A model generated the notes under the pieces. It was not told the DNA's origin, searched no databases, and saw only the letters and a program-made list of their open reading frames with translations. This document shows positions 44,138 through 53,159 of a DNA stretch of 64,000 nucleotides, in pieces. The DNA is from Acidimicrobiales bacterium (GTDB lineage Bacteria; Actinomycetota; Acidimicrobiia; Acidimicrobiales; RAAP-2), in contig JBEKWB010000015.1 of assembly GCA_049513455.1 (NCBI GenBank), positions 4,029 through 68,028 of the forward strand, written 5' to 3'. Within the stretch, counting starts at the first letter, position 1. Every line of letters begins with the position of its first letter. Both the position numbers and the translations under genes were made by a program.

Positions 44138-46264
44138 GTGGCTTTGGACAGCGACCTGACGCACGTACTCGGTCGGGGGCTTGCCCCCCGTGCAGTGGCG
44201 CTCTACGGAGCCAGTGCACGTCGACCCAACAGTCAGGCGTTCCGCATCGCAAAAAAGTTGCTCACGAACGGCCATGCCGGCCGGCTGGTCCTGGTAAACC
44301 CCAATTCACAAGAAGTGCATGGCGTGGCCACCGTCGCCAAGGCAGGATTGAGCGAGCTCGCCTCCGAACTCGATCTCGCGATCATCGCGGTCCCGCGCGA
44401 ATCGGTCGTCGACGCACTGGACGACGCCGCGGACGCCGGCATCGGCCTGGCGATCGTGACCACCGCTCAATTTGCGGAGTCCGACGCCCGTGGCGTCGAG
44501 TTGCAGGAGGAGCTCGTGGCGCGAGCCCGCCAGCGGAATGTGCGCCTCATCGGTCCGAACTGCATGGGCGTCATCAACTACAGCGATGGCCTCATCGCGG
44601 CCGGGCGTGAAATTTACGCGCCACCAGGACATATTTCCGTCGTGGCCCAGAGCGGCTTCCTTTCCATGCGGATCATGGACTACATCGCGGAGACTGGCCA
44701 GGGCGTCGACCTGTGGGTGACCATCGGGAACAGCGCAGACCTGGCCCCGACCGACCTGATCGAGTACCTCGGCGCGCGCGCTCAGACGTCGGTCATTGTG
44801 GTCTATCTCGAGAATGTCCCTGATCCGCCGCGGCTCGCCGCGGCGATCGCCGGTGCCCGGGCCGCCGGAACCGACGTGGTGCTGGTGAAGTCGGGGCGCA
44901 CCGAGGTCGGCAGCCAGCTGGCGGCCTCGCACACCGGGGCCCTGGCGTCGCCGGACGTGTTCGTTGACGTCCTGGCCGAGGACGCCGACTGCATCCGGGT
45001 GGAGACCGTACGGGAGGCCGCGCAGGTCGCCAGCCTGATCGCCGCCTTCGGCGAGCGACCGACGGGGCCGTTTCTCGTCACGAGCGGCTCAGGGGGCGAC
45101 TGCGTCCTGGCGGGCGACGCGTGTGCACAGCGTGAGATCCCTTTAGCGCGGCTCTCGGCCACGACGCTCGAGCGGCTCCACGAGATCGTGCCCGAGGCCG
45201 GGAACGGCAACCCCCTCGACATCAGCCCTTTCCCCTTCGACGGGACCGGCCGCCAGGTCGCCGCGCTGGCCGCTCTCGCTGAGGCGCCCGAAGTCGGTTG
45301 CGTCGTCCTGATGGACGGCTGGGGCTGGGATTCGCACGAGGCACCGGAGGGACGGGTCATCGTGCTCGATCCCCTGATCAGGCCGGGGCGCGGGCTACCG
45401 GTGCCGGTCATCGTCGACTCCCGCATGGAGGAATGGCAGCGCACGGCACTCGTGGCGGCCGGACTCGCAGTGACCTCAGACGGGGAGACCATCTGGCGCT
45501 CGCTCGGGCACATCGTCCGCCAGGCACGCTGCGCCGGAGCCTTGGCTGAACCTGACACGCCGGCGGGTGCCTACGGTGAGGAGCATCTCGCGACCACACC
45601 GGAGCGTCTGCCGGAGCGCACGGCGTTTTCACGCCTGCGGGCCGCCGGCGTCCCGATGGTCGCCACCGAGGTGGTCACCACTCCCGAGGAGCTGCTCGAG
45701 ACCTGCCGCAGGCTGGGTTATCCCGTCGTCCTCAAAGGTCTGGTGCCCGGAGTCGTGCACAAGGCCGACCAGCAGCTCGTCCATACCGTCATGTCCGGGG
45801 ATGGGGAAGCACTCGACGCCTGGAAGCGATTGGCCGAGGTGATCGACGAGCGTGGTGGCGAGGTCGTCGTGCAACCGATGCTGACGAACTCGCTCGCCGA
45901 ACTCATCGTCGCGACCCTTGACGATCCGGCCTACGGCCTCCACGTCATGGTGGGAGACGGCGGCAAGTGGGTCGATTTCGACTCCGACGTGGCCTGGGCC
46001 AAGGCGCCTATCACGGCGAGCGGCGCACAGCGGTTGATCCGGCGAACCAATATCGGGCGCGGGCTGGCGAAGAAGCATCCCGAGGTGCTCGCCGAAACGG
46101 CCCTGCCTGCCGTGATCGCGGCGATAAGCGACGTCGCAGCCGAATGGATCGGATCGGTCACCGAGATCGAAATAAACCCACTCATTGTGCGGGGCGACCG
46201 AATCGAGGCGGTCGATGCCGTCGTCACCCTTCGTCCGGATGCTGAGCCTGCGTCGGGCCACTGA
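44138..46264 (+). CDS. ADP-forming acyl-CoA synthetase (acetate--CoA ligase family: CoA-binding + ligase-CoA + ATP-grasp domains)
   Basis: 708-aa ORF. GTG start after GGGGAGGAAG. N-terminal VALYGASARRPNSQAF.., IGPNCMGVINY, GNSADL. The C-terminal half is ATP-grasp-like (GYPVVLKG). Confidence 0.85.
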   Translation: MALDSDLTHVLGRGLAPRAVALYGASARRPNSQAFRIAKKLLTNGHAGRLVLVNPNSQEVHGVATVAKAGLSELASELDLAIIAVPRESVVDALDDAADAGIGLAIVTTAQFAESDARGVELQEELVARARQRNVRLIGPNCMGVINYSDGLIAAGREIYAPPGHISVVAQSGFLSMRIMDYIAETGQGVDLWVTIGNSADLAPTDLIEYLGARAQTSVIVVYLENVPDPPRLAAAIAGARAAGTDVVLVKSGRTEVGSQLAASHTGALASPDVFVDVLAEDADCIRVETVREAAQVASLIAAFGERPTGPFLVTSGSGGDCVLAGDACAQREIPLARLSATTLERLHEIVPEAGNGNPLDISPFPFDGTGRQVAALAALAEAPEVGCVVLMDGWGWDSHEAPEGRVIVLDPLIRPGRGLPVPVIVDSRMEEWQRTALVAAGLAVTSDGETIWRSLGHIVRQARCAGALAEPDTPAGAYGEEHLATTPERLPERTAFSRLRAAGVPMVATEVVTTPEELLETCRRLGYPVVLKGLVPGVVHKADQQLVHTVMSGDGEALDAWKRLAEVIDERGGEVVVQPMLTNSLAELIVATLDDPAYGLHVMVGDGGKWVDFDSDVAWAKAPITASGAQRLIRRTNIGRGLAKKHPEVLAETALPAVIAAISDVAAEWIGSVTEIEINPLIVRGDRIEAVDAVVTLRPDAEPASGH

Positions 46265-47138
46265 GCAGGGTTGCCATGTTGGCGTCGAGCTGATCGAGCG
46301 TCCAGCGCTGGGACTGCGTGATTTCGCCCGCAATGGCCCACGGGCTGAACACCCCGATCTGGCCGCCCCTTACGAGGAAGACCCGTCCGGACACGTCGCA
46401 CTCCTCGGTGCTCAACCAGGCCACCAAGGGACTGACGTTGGCAGGGTCCCACTCGTCGAAGGCGTCGGGATTCGCCGGAGCGGCGATGCGCTCTTCCAGA
46501 CCGGGAGTTGAGAGTGTCAGGCGGGTGCGGGCGACCGGTGCGATGGCATTGACCCGGACGTCGTAGCGGGCGAGCTCCTTGGCGGCGATCTCGGTGAAGG
46601 TGGCCAGCCCGGACTTGGCGGCGCCGTAGTTGGTCTGACCAGGGTTGGAGAAGAGTCCCGACGTCGACGTGGTGTTGATGACCGATCCGTGGACCGGGTT
46701 ACCCGCCTTGGCCTGCTCGCGCCAGTAAGCCGCGGCGAACCGGGTCGGCACGAAGTGGCCCTTCAGGTGGACGCGCATGACGGAGTCCCAATCGCCCTCG
46801 GTCATGTTGACCAGCACCCGGTCCCGGAGGATGCCGGCGTTGTTGACCAGAATGTGGAGGCCACCGAACGTCTCGAGCGCCGTCGCGATCAGGTGCTGGC
46901 CGCCTTCCCAGTCGGCGACATCGTCACCATTGGCGACGGCGGTCCCCCCGCGCTCGTGAATCTCCGCGGCGACCAGCTCAGCTGCGGTGCGGTCAGACCC
47001 CTCACCGTCGGGTGCCCCGCCGAGGTCGTTGATCACCACCTTGGCCCCCTCTGACGCCAGAAGCAGGGCATGCTCACGCCCTAGGCCTCGACCGGCGCCC
47101 GTGACGACGGCCACCCGCCCATCCAATCTTCCCACCAC
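46224..47138 (-). CDS. SDR, MFE-2/Hsd4A-like (R)-3-hydroxyacyl-CoA dehydrogenase type
   Basis: 304-aa ORF. RVAVVTGAGRGLGREHALLLASEGAKVVINDLGG..., LVNNAGILRD, YGAAKSG. The 3' end overlaps the convergent ligase gene by 41 nt. Confidence 0.85.
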   Translation of the reverse strand: MVGRLDGRVAVVTGAGRGLGREHALLLASEGAKVVINDLGGAPDGEGSDRTAAELVAAEIHERGGTAVANGDDVADWEGGQHLIATALETFGGLHILVNNAGILRDRVLVNMTEGDWDSVMRVHLKGHFVPTRFAAAYWREQAKAGNPVHGSVINTTSTSGLFSNPGQTNYGAAKSGLATFTEIAAKELARYDVRVNAIAPVARTRLTLSTPGLEERIAAPANPDAFDEWDPANVSPLVAWLSTEECDVSGRVFLVRGGQIGVFSPWAIAGEITQSQRWTLDQLDANMATLLSGPTQAQHPDEG

Positions 47139-47186
47139 AGTCCCTCCGGCCGGTACGCCTGGTGCGCCGTGTCAGCCGGGCGCGGC

Positions 47187-47204
47187 GTAGAAAAACTAGA
47201 AAAA
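47187..47204. repeat. tandem 9-bp direct repeat GTAGAAAAA CTAGAAAAA inside an AT-rich promoter island (47187-47234)
   Basis: Read directly. Followed by TTATGAATAGCCATTGATTATCATAGCGAA and then ATG 47235. This is the most AT-rich stretch in the window. Confidence 0.6.
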
Positions 47205-47234
47205 TTATGAATAGCCATTGATTATCATAGCGAA

Positions 47235-48005
47235 ATGAACACAATCCAGGTCAATCGGCATGACGGTGTGGTGGAGGTGATGCTCGACCGGCCGGAGAAG
47301 AAGAACGCCATGAACGGGGAGATGATCGAGGAGCTCCGGGTACTTTTTGCGGAGCTCGCGGCGGCGGCCAGCGACGACCGGGTGATCGTGATCTCTGGCT
47401 CGGGAGGGGCGTTCTGCTCGGGGGCCGATCTCACCGGGCGCACCCCCGGCGTTCCTCCACTGGTCGGCATGAGGAATGTCGGTCAGGCCTGCCTGGCCCT
47501 GCGCTCGCTGCCGCAGCCCACTATCGCCAAGGTGGTCGGCCCCGCGCTGGGCGCCGGGCTCAACCTGGCTCTGTCCTGCGACTTCGTGGTGGCATCGGAC
47601 ACGGCGCGACTCTGCGAGATCTTCGTGAAAAGAGGCCTCACTGTCGATTTCGGCGGATCCTGGTTGCTGCCACGGTTGGTGGGGGAGCGTAAGGCCAAGG
47701 AGCTCGTGTTCTTCGGCGAGTTCGTCGACGGGGCGGCGGCGGTGGAGATGGGCTTGATCAATCGCGTCGTTCCCGTCGATGAGATCGACGCCTTCGTGGC
47801 GACGTGGGCAACGCAGTTGGCCCACGGCCCTGCGCTCGCTCTGGCGGCATGCAAGCGCCTGCTGGACCAGTCGTATTCGGTGAGCTTGTCCGAGGCGGTG
47901 GAAGCCGAGGCCCGTGCGCAGGTGGCGAGCTTTGAAAGTGCCGACGCCGCCGAGGCCCTGACGGCCTTCATGGAGAAGCGGCCTCCCGTGTTCCGGGGCC
48001 ATTGA
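47235..48005 (+). CDS. enoyl-CoA hydratase/isomerase (crotonase) family
   Basis: 256-aa ORF with MLDRPEKKNAM, ISGSGGAFCSGADL and KVVGPALGAG. No RBS is visible. A -10-like TATCAT ends 6 nt before the ATG, so the transcript may be leaderless. Confidence 0.9.
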   Translation: MNTIQVNRHDGVVEVMLDRPEKKNAMNGEMIEELRVLFAELAAAASDDRVIVISGSGGAFCSGADLTGRTPGVPPLVGMRNVGQACLALRSLPQPTIAKVVGPALGAGLNLALSCDFVVASDTARLCEIFVKRGLTVDFGGSWLLPRLVGERKAKELVFFGEFVDGAAAVEMGLINRVVPVDEIDAFVATWATQLAHGPALALAACKRLLDQSYSVSLSEAVEAEARAQVASFESADAAEALTAFMEKRPPVFRGH

Positions 48006-48073
48006 CCTGAGGGGTCAGATCCATCATGGCGTCGGGGTCGATCGTGACCGGGAGAGCGCGAAAGTAAGTTGCC

Positions 48074-48087
48074 CTTGCGCGGACAAG
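48074..48087. promoter_or_regulatory. site of the recurrent palindrome: CTTGCGCGGACAAG (12/14)
   Basis: The 17-mer CTTGCGCGGACAAGTAG is 16/17 identical to 61529-61545. Upstream of the SDR/ACAD/cyclase/LLM/TetR operon. Confidence 0.55.
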
Positions 48088-48218
48088 TAGTTAGTGTTGG
48101 CAACCTGGTCACTGAACGTTGATCGCTACTGTCGCTGATCACCGAACTACGGGGAGTTGCTCATGGCGGACGAGCTGTCGCTCGAGTTGGTGGCCAACGG
48201 GGGGAACGGATTGAGGAC

Positions 48219-48992
48219 GTGAACGGCTTGCGCGGGAAGGTTGCCATTGTCATCGGGGGGGCCAGCGGGGTCGGCAAAGCCACCGCGCTGCGACTCGGTG
48301 AGGAGGGCGCCCTGGTGGTGGTGGGCGATATCAACGAAGGCGGTGCCACCACCGTCGCCGAGAGCATCTCGACAGCCGGTGGGACGGCGCAGGCCCGCAG
48401 GGCGGACATCAGTGACGAGGACCAGGTCAATGATCTGGTGGACTTTGCCCACCGTACCTTTGGCCGGGTCGACCTCCTGCATAACGTCGCGGCGGACCTG
48501 GGGGACACATTGTTGGCCGACACCGATGCGGAGACGGTACCTCTCGACGTTTTCGACCGGACGATCGATGTCAATCTCCGCGGCTACTTGCTGTCGATCC
48601 GGGCCGTGCTCCCGCTCATGGTCGAGGCGGGCGCGGGCTCCATTGTCAACACGTCATCGTTGGCGGCCGACCGCGCCCTCGCCACGGGCGCTCGTGTGTC
48701 GTACTCGATCTCCAAGAGCGGAGTCCACGCCCTGACCCGGCACGTGGCTATCCGCTACGGGCGGCAGGGGATCCGGTGTAACACGGCGTGCCTGGGCCTC
48801 GTCTTGTCCGAGGCGCTCCGGGCCACGGTACCGCCAGAGAGGATCGCCCGTTACGTGGAGCAGGTACCGAACACCAATCCCGGTGAGCCCGCTGCCATCG
48901 CTGCCGCGGTGGCGTTCCTCCTCTCGGATGACGCCCGTTACATCAACGGCCAGACGATCAACATCGACGGAGGGTCTTCGGTAAAGCAGTAA
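48219..48992 (+). CDS. SDR family oxidoreductase, paralog of 36252-37025
   Basis: 257-aa ORF. MNGLRGKVAIVIGGASGVGKATALRLGEEGALVVVGDIN, YSISKSG. Confidence 0.9.
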   Translation: MNGLRGKVAIVIGGASGVGKATALRLGEEGALVVVGDINEGGATTVAESISTAGGTAQARRADISDEDQVNDLVDFAHRTFGRVDLLHNVAADLGDTLLADTDAETVPLDVFDRTIDVNLRGYLLSIRAVLPLMVEAGAGSIVNTSSLAADRALATGARVSYSISKSGVHALTRHVAIRYGRQGIRCNTACLGLVLSEALRATVPPERIARYVEQVPNTNPGEPAAIAAAVAFLLSDDARYINGQTINIDGGSSVKQ

Positions 48993-49037
48993 ACGTTCCA
49001 CTACGCTCCGATCTCACCATGCACGAAAGGTCATTCA

Positions 49038-50246
49038 ATGGATTTCGAACTTTCAGCTGAACAGCAGGACCTCGTCACGCGGGCTGGTGCCGCCGGCGCA
49101 GAATGGCAGGCGTTCGCCGAGGAGTGGGACCGGAGCAATTACGCTCCGATCGGCGAGGTGACCAAGCGAATGGGCGAACTCGGCTTCCTCGGGATAACCA
49201 TTCCGAAGGAGTTCGGGGGCCAGGGCCGCACCAACGTCGAGTACACCCTCGCCGTCGAGGAGATCACCCGACGTGCCACGACGTGGATCGCGGCCGAGCC
49301 CCTCTTCAGGACGTCGGCGGCCGGACCGACCATCTGCCTGATGTCGAAGAACCACGTGGCCAAGGAGAAATTCCTGCCGCGCATCGTCACCGGAGAGCTC
49401 GGTTGCACCATCGGCATCACCGAGCCGGCGCACGGATCCGACATGACCTCCCTGGAGACGACCGCCGAACGGCGCGGCAAGGAGTTCGTCCTTAACGGGG
49501 AGAAGCATCTCATCACCGGGGAGAAGCATCTCATCACGGGCGCCGTCGAGGACTCTTTGTATGCGACGTTCGTCCGCTTCGACGGGATCCCGGGTGCCAA
49601 AGGCGTCGGTGCGGTGATGGTCGAGAAGGGGACACCGGGTTTCGAGATGGAGCGGGGACCCGAGTTTGTGGGGTCGCGTGGAATTCCCCATGGGAACTTG
49701 CGGTTCACCGACTGTCACGTGCCGGAGGATAATTTCCTTTTCGGACCCGGCGAGTTCGCCGATCTGATGAAGGCCTTCAACATGGAGCGCTTGCACAACG
49801 CGGCGTCATCGATCGGATCCTCCGAAGCCGTCTTCGATGCCACGTTGGAGTACGTGCAGACACGGAGACAGTTCGACCGGGACATCATCGAATTCCAGGC
49901 GATCCAGCATGAGGTGGCCGACATGTGGACGAAGATCGAGGCGGCCCGGTGGTTGGTCTATCGCGCCGCGGCGACGTCCATCGATGGCAATTTCCCACGA
50001 CCGATGGACGTCACCCTGGCCAAGTACTACTCCAACCAGGTGATGTTCGATGTCACGAGCAGTGGCGTCCTGCTGCACGGGGGGATCGGTACGACGCTCG
50101 GATGCGCCATGCAACGCATTCATCGTGACTGCCTGGTGTACCGAATTGCTGGCGGCTCGCCCCACATCACCCGCAACACCATTGCGAGCCAGTTGATGCC
50201 AAATCGCCGCTTCAGTCAGCGCCCGGAAAAGGCCACGGCCGGATGA
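49038..50246 (+). CDS. acyl-CoA dehydrogenase (carries an in-frame 7-aa tandem duplication)
   Basis: 402-aa ORF with ITEPAHGSDMTSLETTA, FQAIQHEVADM and LHGGIGT. GEKHLIT-GEKHLIT is encoded by the 21-bp repeat at 49497-49538. Confidence 0.9.
   Translation: MDFELSAEQQDLVTRAGAAGAEWQAFAEEWDRSNYAPIGEVTKRMGELGFLGITIPKEFGGQGRTNVEYTLAVEEITRRATTWIAAEPLFRTSAAGPTICLMSKNHVAKEKFLPRIVTGELGCTIGITEPAHGSDMTSLETTAERRGKEFVLNGEKHLITGEKHLITGAVEDSLYATFVRFDGIPGAKGVGAVMVEKGTPGFEMERGPEFVGSRGIPHGNLRFTDCHVPEDNFLFGPGEFADLMKAFNMERLHNAASSIGSSEAVFDATLEYVQTRRQFDRDIIEFQAIQHEVADMWTKIEAARWLVYRAAATSIDGNFPRPMDVTLAKYYSNQVMFDVTSSGVLLHGGIGTTLGCAMQRIHRDCLVYRIAGGSPHITRNTIASQLMPNRRFSQRPEKATAG
49497..49538 (+). repeat. 21-bp tandem duplication (2 copies, 20/21 identical) within the ACAD coding sequence
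   Basis: GGGGAGAAGCATCTCATCACC GGGGAGAAGCATCTCATCACG, read directly. In frame. Confidence 0.9.
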
Positions 50247-50279
50247 ACGCCGGGATGCGGCGCACCAAGGGAGGCGATC

Positions 50280-51176
50280 GTGGCTGAAGACGCGCACAGC
50301 AACTGGGGCCGTTGGGGGGAGGACGACGAACGGGGCGCCCTGAATCTGGTGACTCCCGATCGCACCATGGATGGAGTCAGGGCCTGTCGCACGGGAAAGG
50401 TCTATAGCTTGGCTTACCCGCTGCAACGTGAGGGGGTGCCGATCGTCCCGTACCGGGGGGCGCCGCAGCGGCTGTCGCTTATGAACCAAGCGGACCCGGG
50501 CCAGTTCGCGGCCTGGGGTGGCGGGCCGGAGATGGGCGCCAATGAGGACGTCCTGGTGGTGCCGTCCCACTCTGTTACGCACATGGACGCCCTCTGCCAC
50601 GTCTATGACGAGGGCCTGATCTACAACGGCTTCCCCGCCGACTCGTTCCGGACCTACGACGGTGCGGGCAAGTGCGGCATTGACAAGGTGGGCGCGGTGG
50701 CCGCCCGCTCGGTGCTCCTCGATCTCCCGGGGTATCTCGGCGTGCCGTGGCTCGAGCCCGGCCACACGATCACCGGTGCCGAGCTCGAAGCCTGTGCCCA
50801 GCACGAGGATGTCGCCATTCACCCCGGTGATGTGTTGCTGATCCGAACCGGCTACATGACCTACTGGTTCAGTCAGAGCGGCGAAGCGCCGGGCTTTGCG
50901 CAACCCGGTGTCGGGCTCGATGCGGTCGACTACATTCGCGACCACGATGTGGCGATCGTAGGCGCGGACAATTCCGCGGTCGAGGTCGTCCCCTTCGACT
51001 CCCATTACATGAGCGGACATCTGACGCTTCTGGTTCAGCTGGGGATACATCTGTTGGAGCATGTCCGCCTGGACGAATTGGCGTCTGACGCCGTCTACGA
51101 GGGGCTCTTCATGGTAGGACCGCTCAACGTGACCGGCGCCTCCGGCAGTCCGGTTAATCCGGTAGTTATCGGCTAA
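50280..51176 (+). CDS. cyclase-family protein (kynurenine formamidase-like metal hydrolase)
   Basis: 298-aa ORF with NWGRWGEDDERGALN and HSVTHMDALCH (an HxGTHxDxPxH-like motif). Confidence 0.8.
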   Translation: MAEDAHSNWGRWGEDDERGALNLVTPDRTMDGVRACRTGKVYSLAYPLQREGVPIVPYRGAPQRLSLMNQADPGQFAAWGGGPEMGANEDVLVVPSHSVTHMDALCHVYDEGLIYNGFPADSFRTYDGAGKCGIDKVGAVAARSVLLDLPGYLGVPWLEPGHTITGAELEACAQHEDVAIHPGDVLLIRTGYMTYWFSQSGEAPGFAQPGVGLDAVDYIRDHDVAIVGADNSAVEVVPFDSHYMSGHLTLLVQLGIHLLEHVRLDELASDAVYEGLFMVGPLNVTGASGSPVNPVVIG

Positions 51177-51221
51177 GCCCGCGGAGGAGACGCTTCCGTG
51201 CAGTGAGAAAGGACGAATAGA

Positions 51222-52343
51222 GTGGAGTTCGGCATATTCATTCAGGGCTACGTGCCTGAGTTCCGGCGCGGTGATCCCGACGCCGAGCATCACGCCCTAC
51301 TCAACGACCTCGAGCTTGCCATTGCGGCCGATGCCGCCGGCTTCAAGTACGTCTGGGTCTCCGAGCACCACTTCCTCGACGAGTACTCCCACCTGTCGGC
51401 CAATGACGTGGTGCTTGGTTATCTGGCCCATGCGACGGAGCGGATCCACATCGGCTCGGGAATCTTCAACCCTCTGCCACAGGTGAATCACCCGGCGAAG
51501 GTGGCCGAGCGGGTGGCCATGCTGGACCACCTGTCCGACGGACGCTTCGAGTTCGGAACTGGCCGGGGTGCGGGAAGCCACGAGATCCTGGGCTTCCTCC
51601 CCGGCGTCGAGGACCTCAACGTGACCAAGGAGATCTGGGAGGAGACCATCGGGGAGTTCCCCAAAATGTGGTTGCAGGATACGTACGAGGGGTTCTCCGG
51701 GAAGTACTGGCAGCTTCCGCCCCGCAAGGTCCTCCCGAAGCCCTGGAAGAAGCCGCACCCTCCGATGTGGTACGCCGCGGGCAACCCACCCAGCTACGCC
51801 ATGGCGGCCCGGAAGGGGCTCGGGGTGCTCGGCTTCTCGGTCGGCTCCTACGCCGATCTGGAAAAGGTGCTGGCCTCGTACAAGTCCGAGATCGTGAACG
51901 CCGAGCCGATCGGTGCCTACGTCAACGACAACATCATGGTGGCCTCCGGATTCTTCGTGGCCGAAGACACCGAGAAGGCCGTTGAGAGAGCGGTCAACGC
52001 CCGGCTGAACTACATGCAGAGCCTCGTGTTCCGGTACCACGACACCTTCCCTGCGCCCGCCGGCATTCCCCTATGGCCGGACGTGATCCCGGACTTCACC
52101 GCCGACCAGGTGAAGGAGATGGCCAAGGGCGGGATGATCTGCGGTAACCCCGATGAAGCGCTCGCCCAATGTCGCGAGTGGGAGTCGACCGGCGCCGATC
52201 AACTCGCTTTCGGGATGGGGACCGCTTCACACGAGGAGAACCTTGAGATGATCCGCCTCATGGGCGAGTACGTGATCCCGAAAATCGACACCGATCCGGT
52301 GCACCGGAGCTCCCGTTTCCGCGATGCTGCGGCCGCCTCGTAA
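51222..52343 (+). CDS. LLM-class (luciferase-like) flavin/F420-dependent oxidoreductase
   Basis: 373-aa ORF. MEFGIFIQGYVP.., FKYVWVSEHHFLDEYSHLS, RFEFGTGRGAG. Confidence 0.85.
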   Translation: MEFGIFIQGYVPEFRRGDPDAEHHALLNDLELAIAADAAGFKYVWVSEHHFLDEYSHLSANDVVLGYLAHATERIHIGSGIFNPLPQVNHPAKVAERVAMLDHLSDGRFEFGTGRGAGSHEILGFLPGVEDLNVTKEIWEETIGEFPKMWLQDTYEGFSGKYWQLPPRKVLPKPWKKPHPPMWYAAGNPPSYAMAARKGLGVLGFSVGSYADLEKVLASYKSEIVNAEPIGAYVNDNIMVASGFFVAEDTEKAVERAVNARLNYMQSLVFRYHDTFPAPAGIPLWPDVIPDFTADQVKEMAKGGMICGNPDEALAQCREWESTGADQLAFGMGTASHEENLEMIRLMGEYVIPKIDTDPVHRSSRFRDAAAAS

Positions 52344-52386
52344 GCGGCAACTGCACGCCTGATATCGGGAGTCCCACCCGCCCGTC

Positions 52387-53148
52387 ATGCCCAGCCCCGT
52401 TGCATCTCGCCGGGACGTAGAGAATCTCCAGGTCATCCGGGAGTCCCTGCCGGGTGCCGCCAAACGGCAGGTTCCGCAGCGATCGTCTTCGAGCTCGCGG
52501 GATTCACTCAGGGAAGTGGCGCTCCGCCTCTTCGACGAACGCGGGTTCAAGGCGGTCACCGTGCGGGACATCATGGAAGTCCAGGGCCTGACTGCGGGCG
52601 CCATGTACAACCATTTCCGGTCGAAGGAACTCGTGCTCGTCTCGCTCATCACCGACTCGGTGGGGGGGTTGGAGGGCTATCTGAGGGTGGCGTTCTCCGT
52701 GAGCGAGCCCGATGACCGCCCGGCCCGGCTGGCGGCTCTGGTCTATGCGCATGCCCGATATCAGTGTGAATTTGCCCCGCTGGCCCGCGTCTCGTCGAAT
52801 GAGTTCGTGCACCTTCCCGCCAAGGCCAAACGTGAGTTGGCGACGCGTCTGCTGCGAATCCGGGCCCACCAAGTGGGTGTGACCACCGAGGGCATCGCAC
52901 GCGGAGAGTTCGACATCGACAGTCCGGAGATCGCAGTCATGGAATTTCAAGGAATGGCGGCGAAAATGTCCGAGTGGTACGACATCAAAGGACCGTTCGA
53001 TCCGGCGCGGATGTCCCGATATCACGCCAAAATTGTCCTACGGATGGTGGGCGGGAAGACGTCCGACGCCGTTTTCGACGCGCTCGACGTCGCCTTCCGA
53101 CCTATTCGTCTGCGCACGGTCGCGACCGTGGTGGAAGCTGCGTCGTGA
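52387..53148 (+). CDS. TetR/AcrR family transcriptional regulator
   Basis: 253-aa ORF. HTH VTVRDIMEVQGLTAGAMYNHFRSKELVL. Last gene of the 48.2-53.1 kb operon. Confidence 0.85.
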   Translation: MPSPVASRRDVENLQVIRESLPGAAKRQVPQRSSSSSRDSLREVALRLFDERGFKAVTVRDIMEVQGLTAGAMYNHFRSKELVLVSLITDSVGGLEGYLRVAFSVSEPDDRPARLAALVYAHARYQCEFAPLARVSSNEFVHLPAKAKRELATRLLRIRAHQVGVTTEGIARGEFDIDSPEIAVMEFQGMAAKMSEWYDIKGPFDPARMSRYHAKIVLRMVGGKTSDAVFDALDVAFRPIRLRTVATVVEAAS

Positions 53149-53159
53149 CACGACGTCCG

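Noticed and set aside
49806-51293. 495-aa minus-strand ORF; similar long antisense ORFs at 56435-57775, 29722-31149, 35385-36650 and 12147-13118
   Set aside because: All lie opposite genes with strong family signatures (ACAD, cyclase, LLM, SDR). None has a motif or RBS, and all have high Arg/Pro/Gly content.
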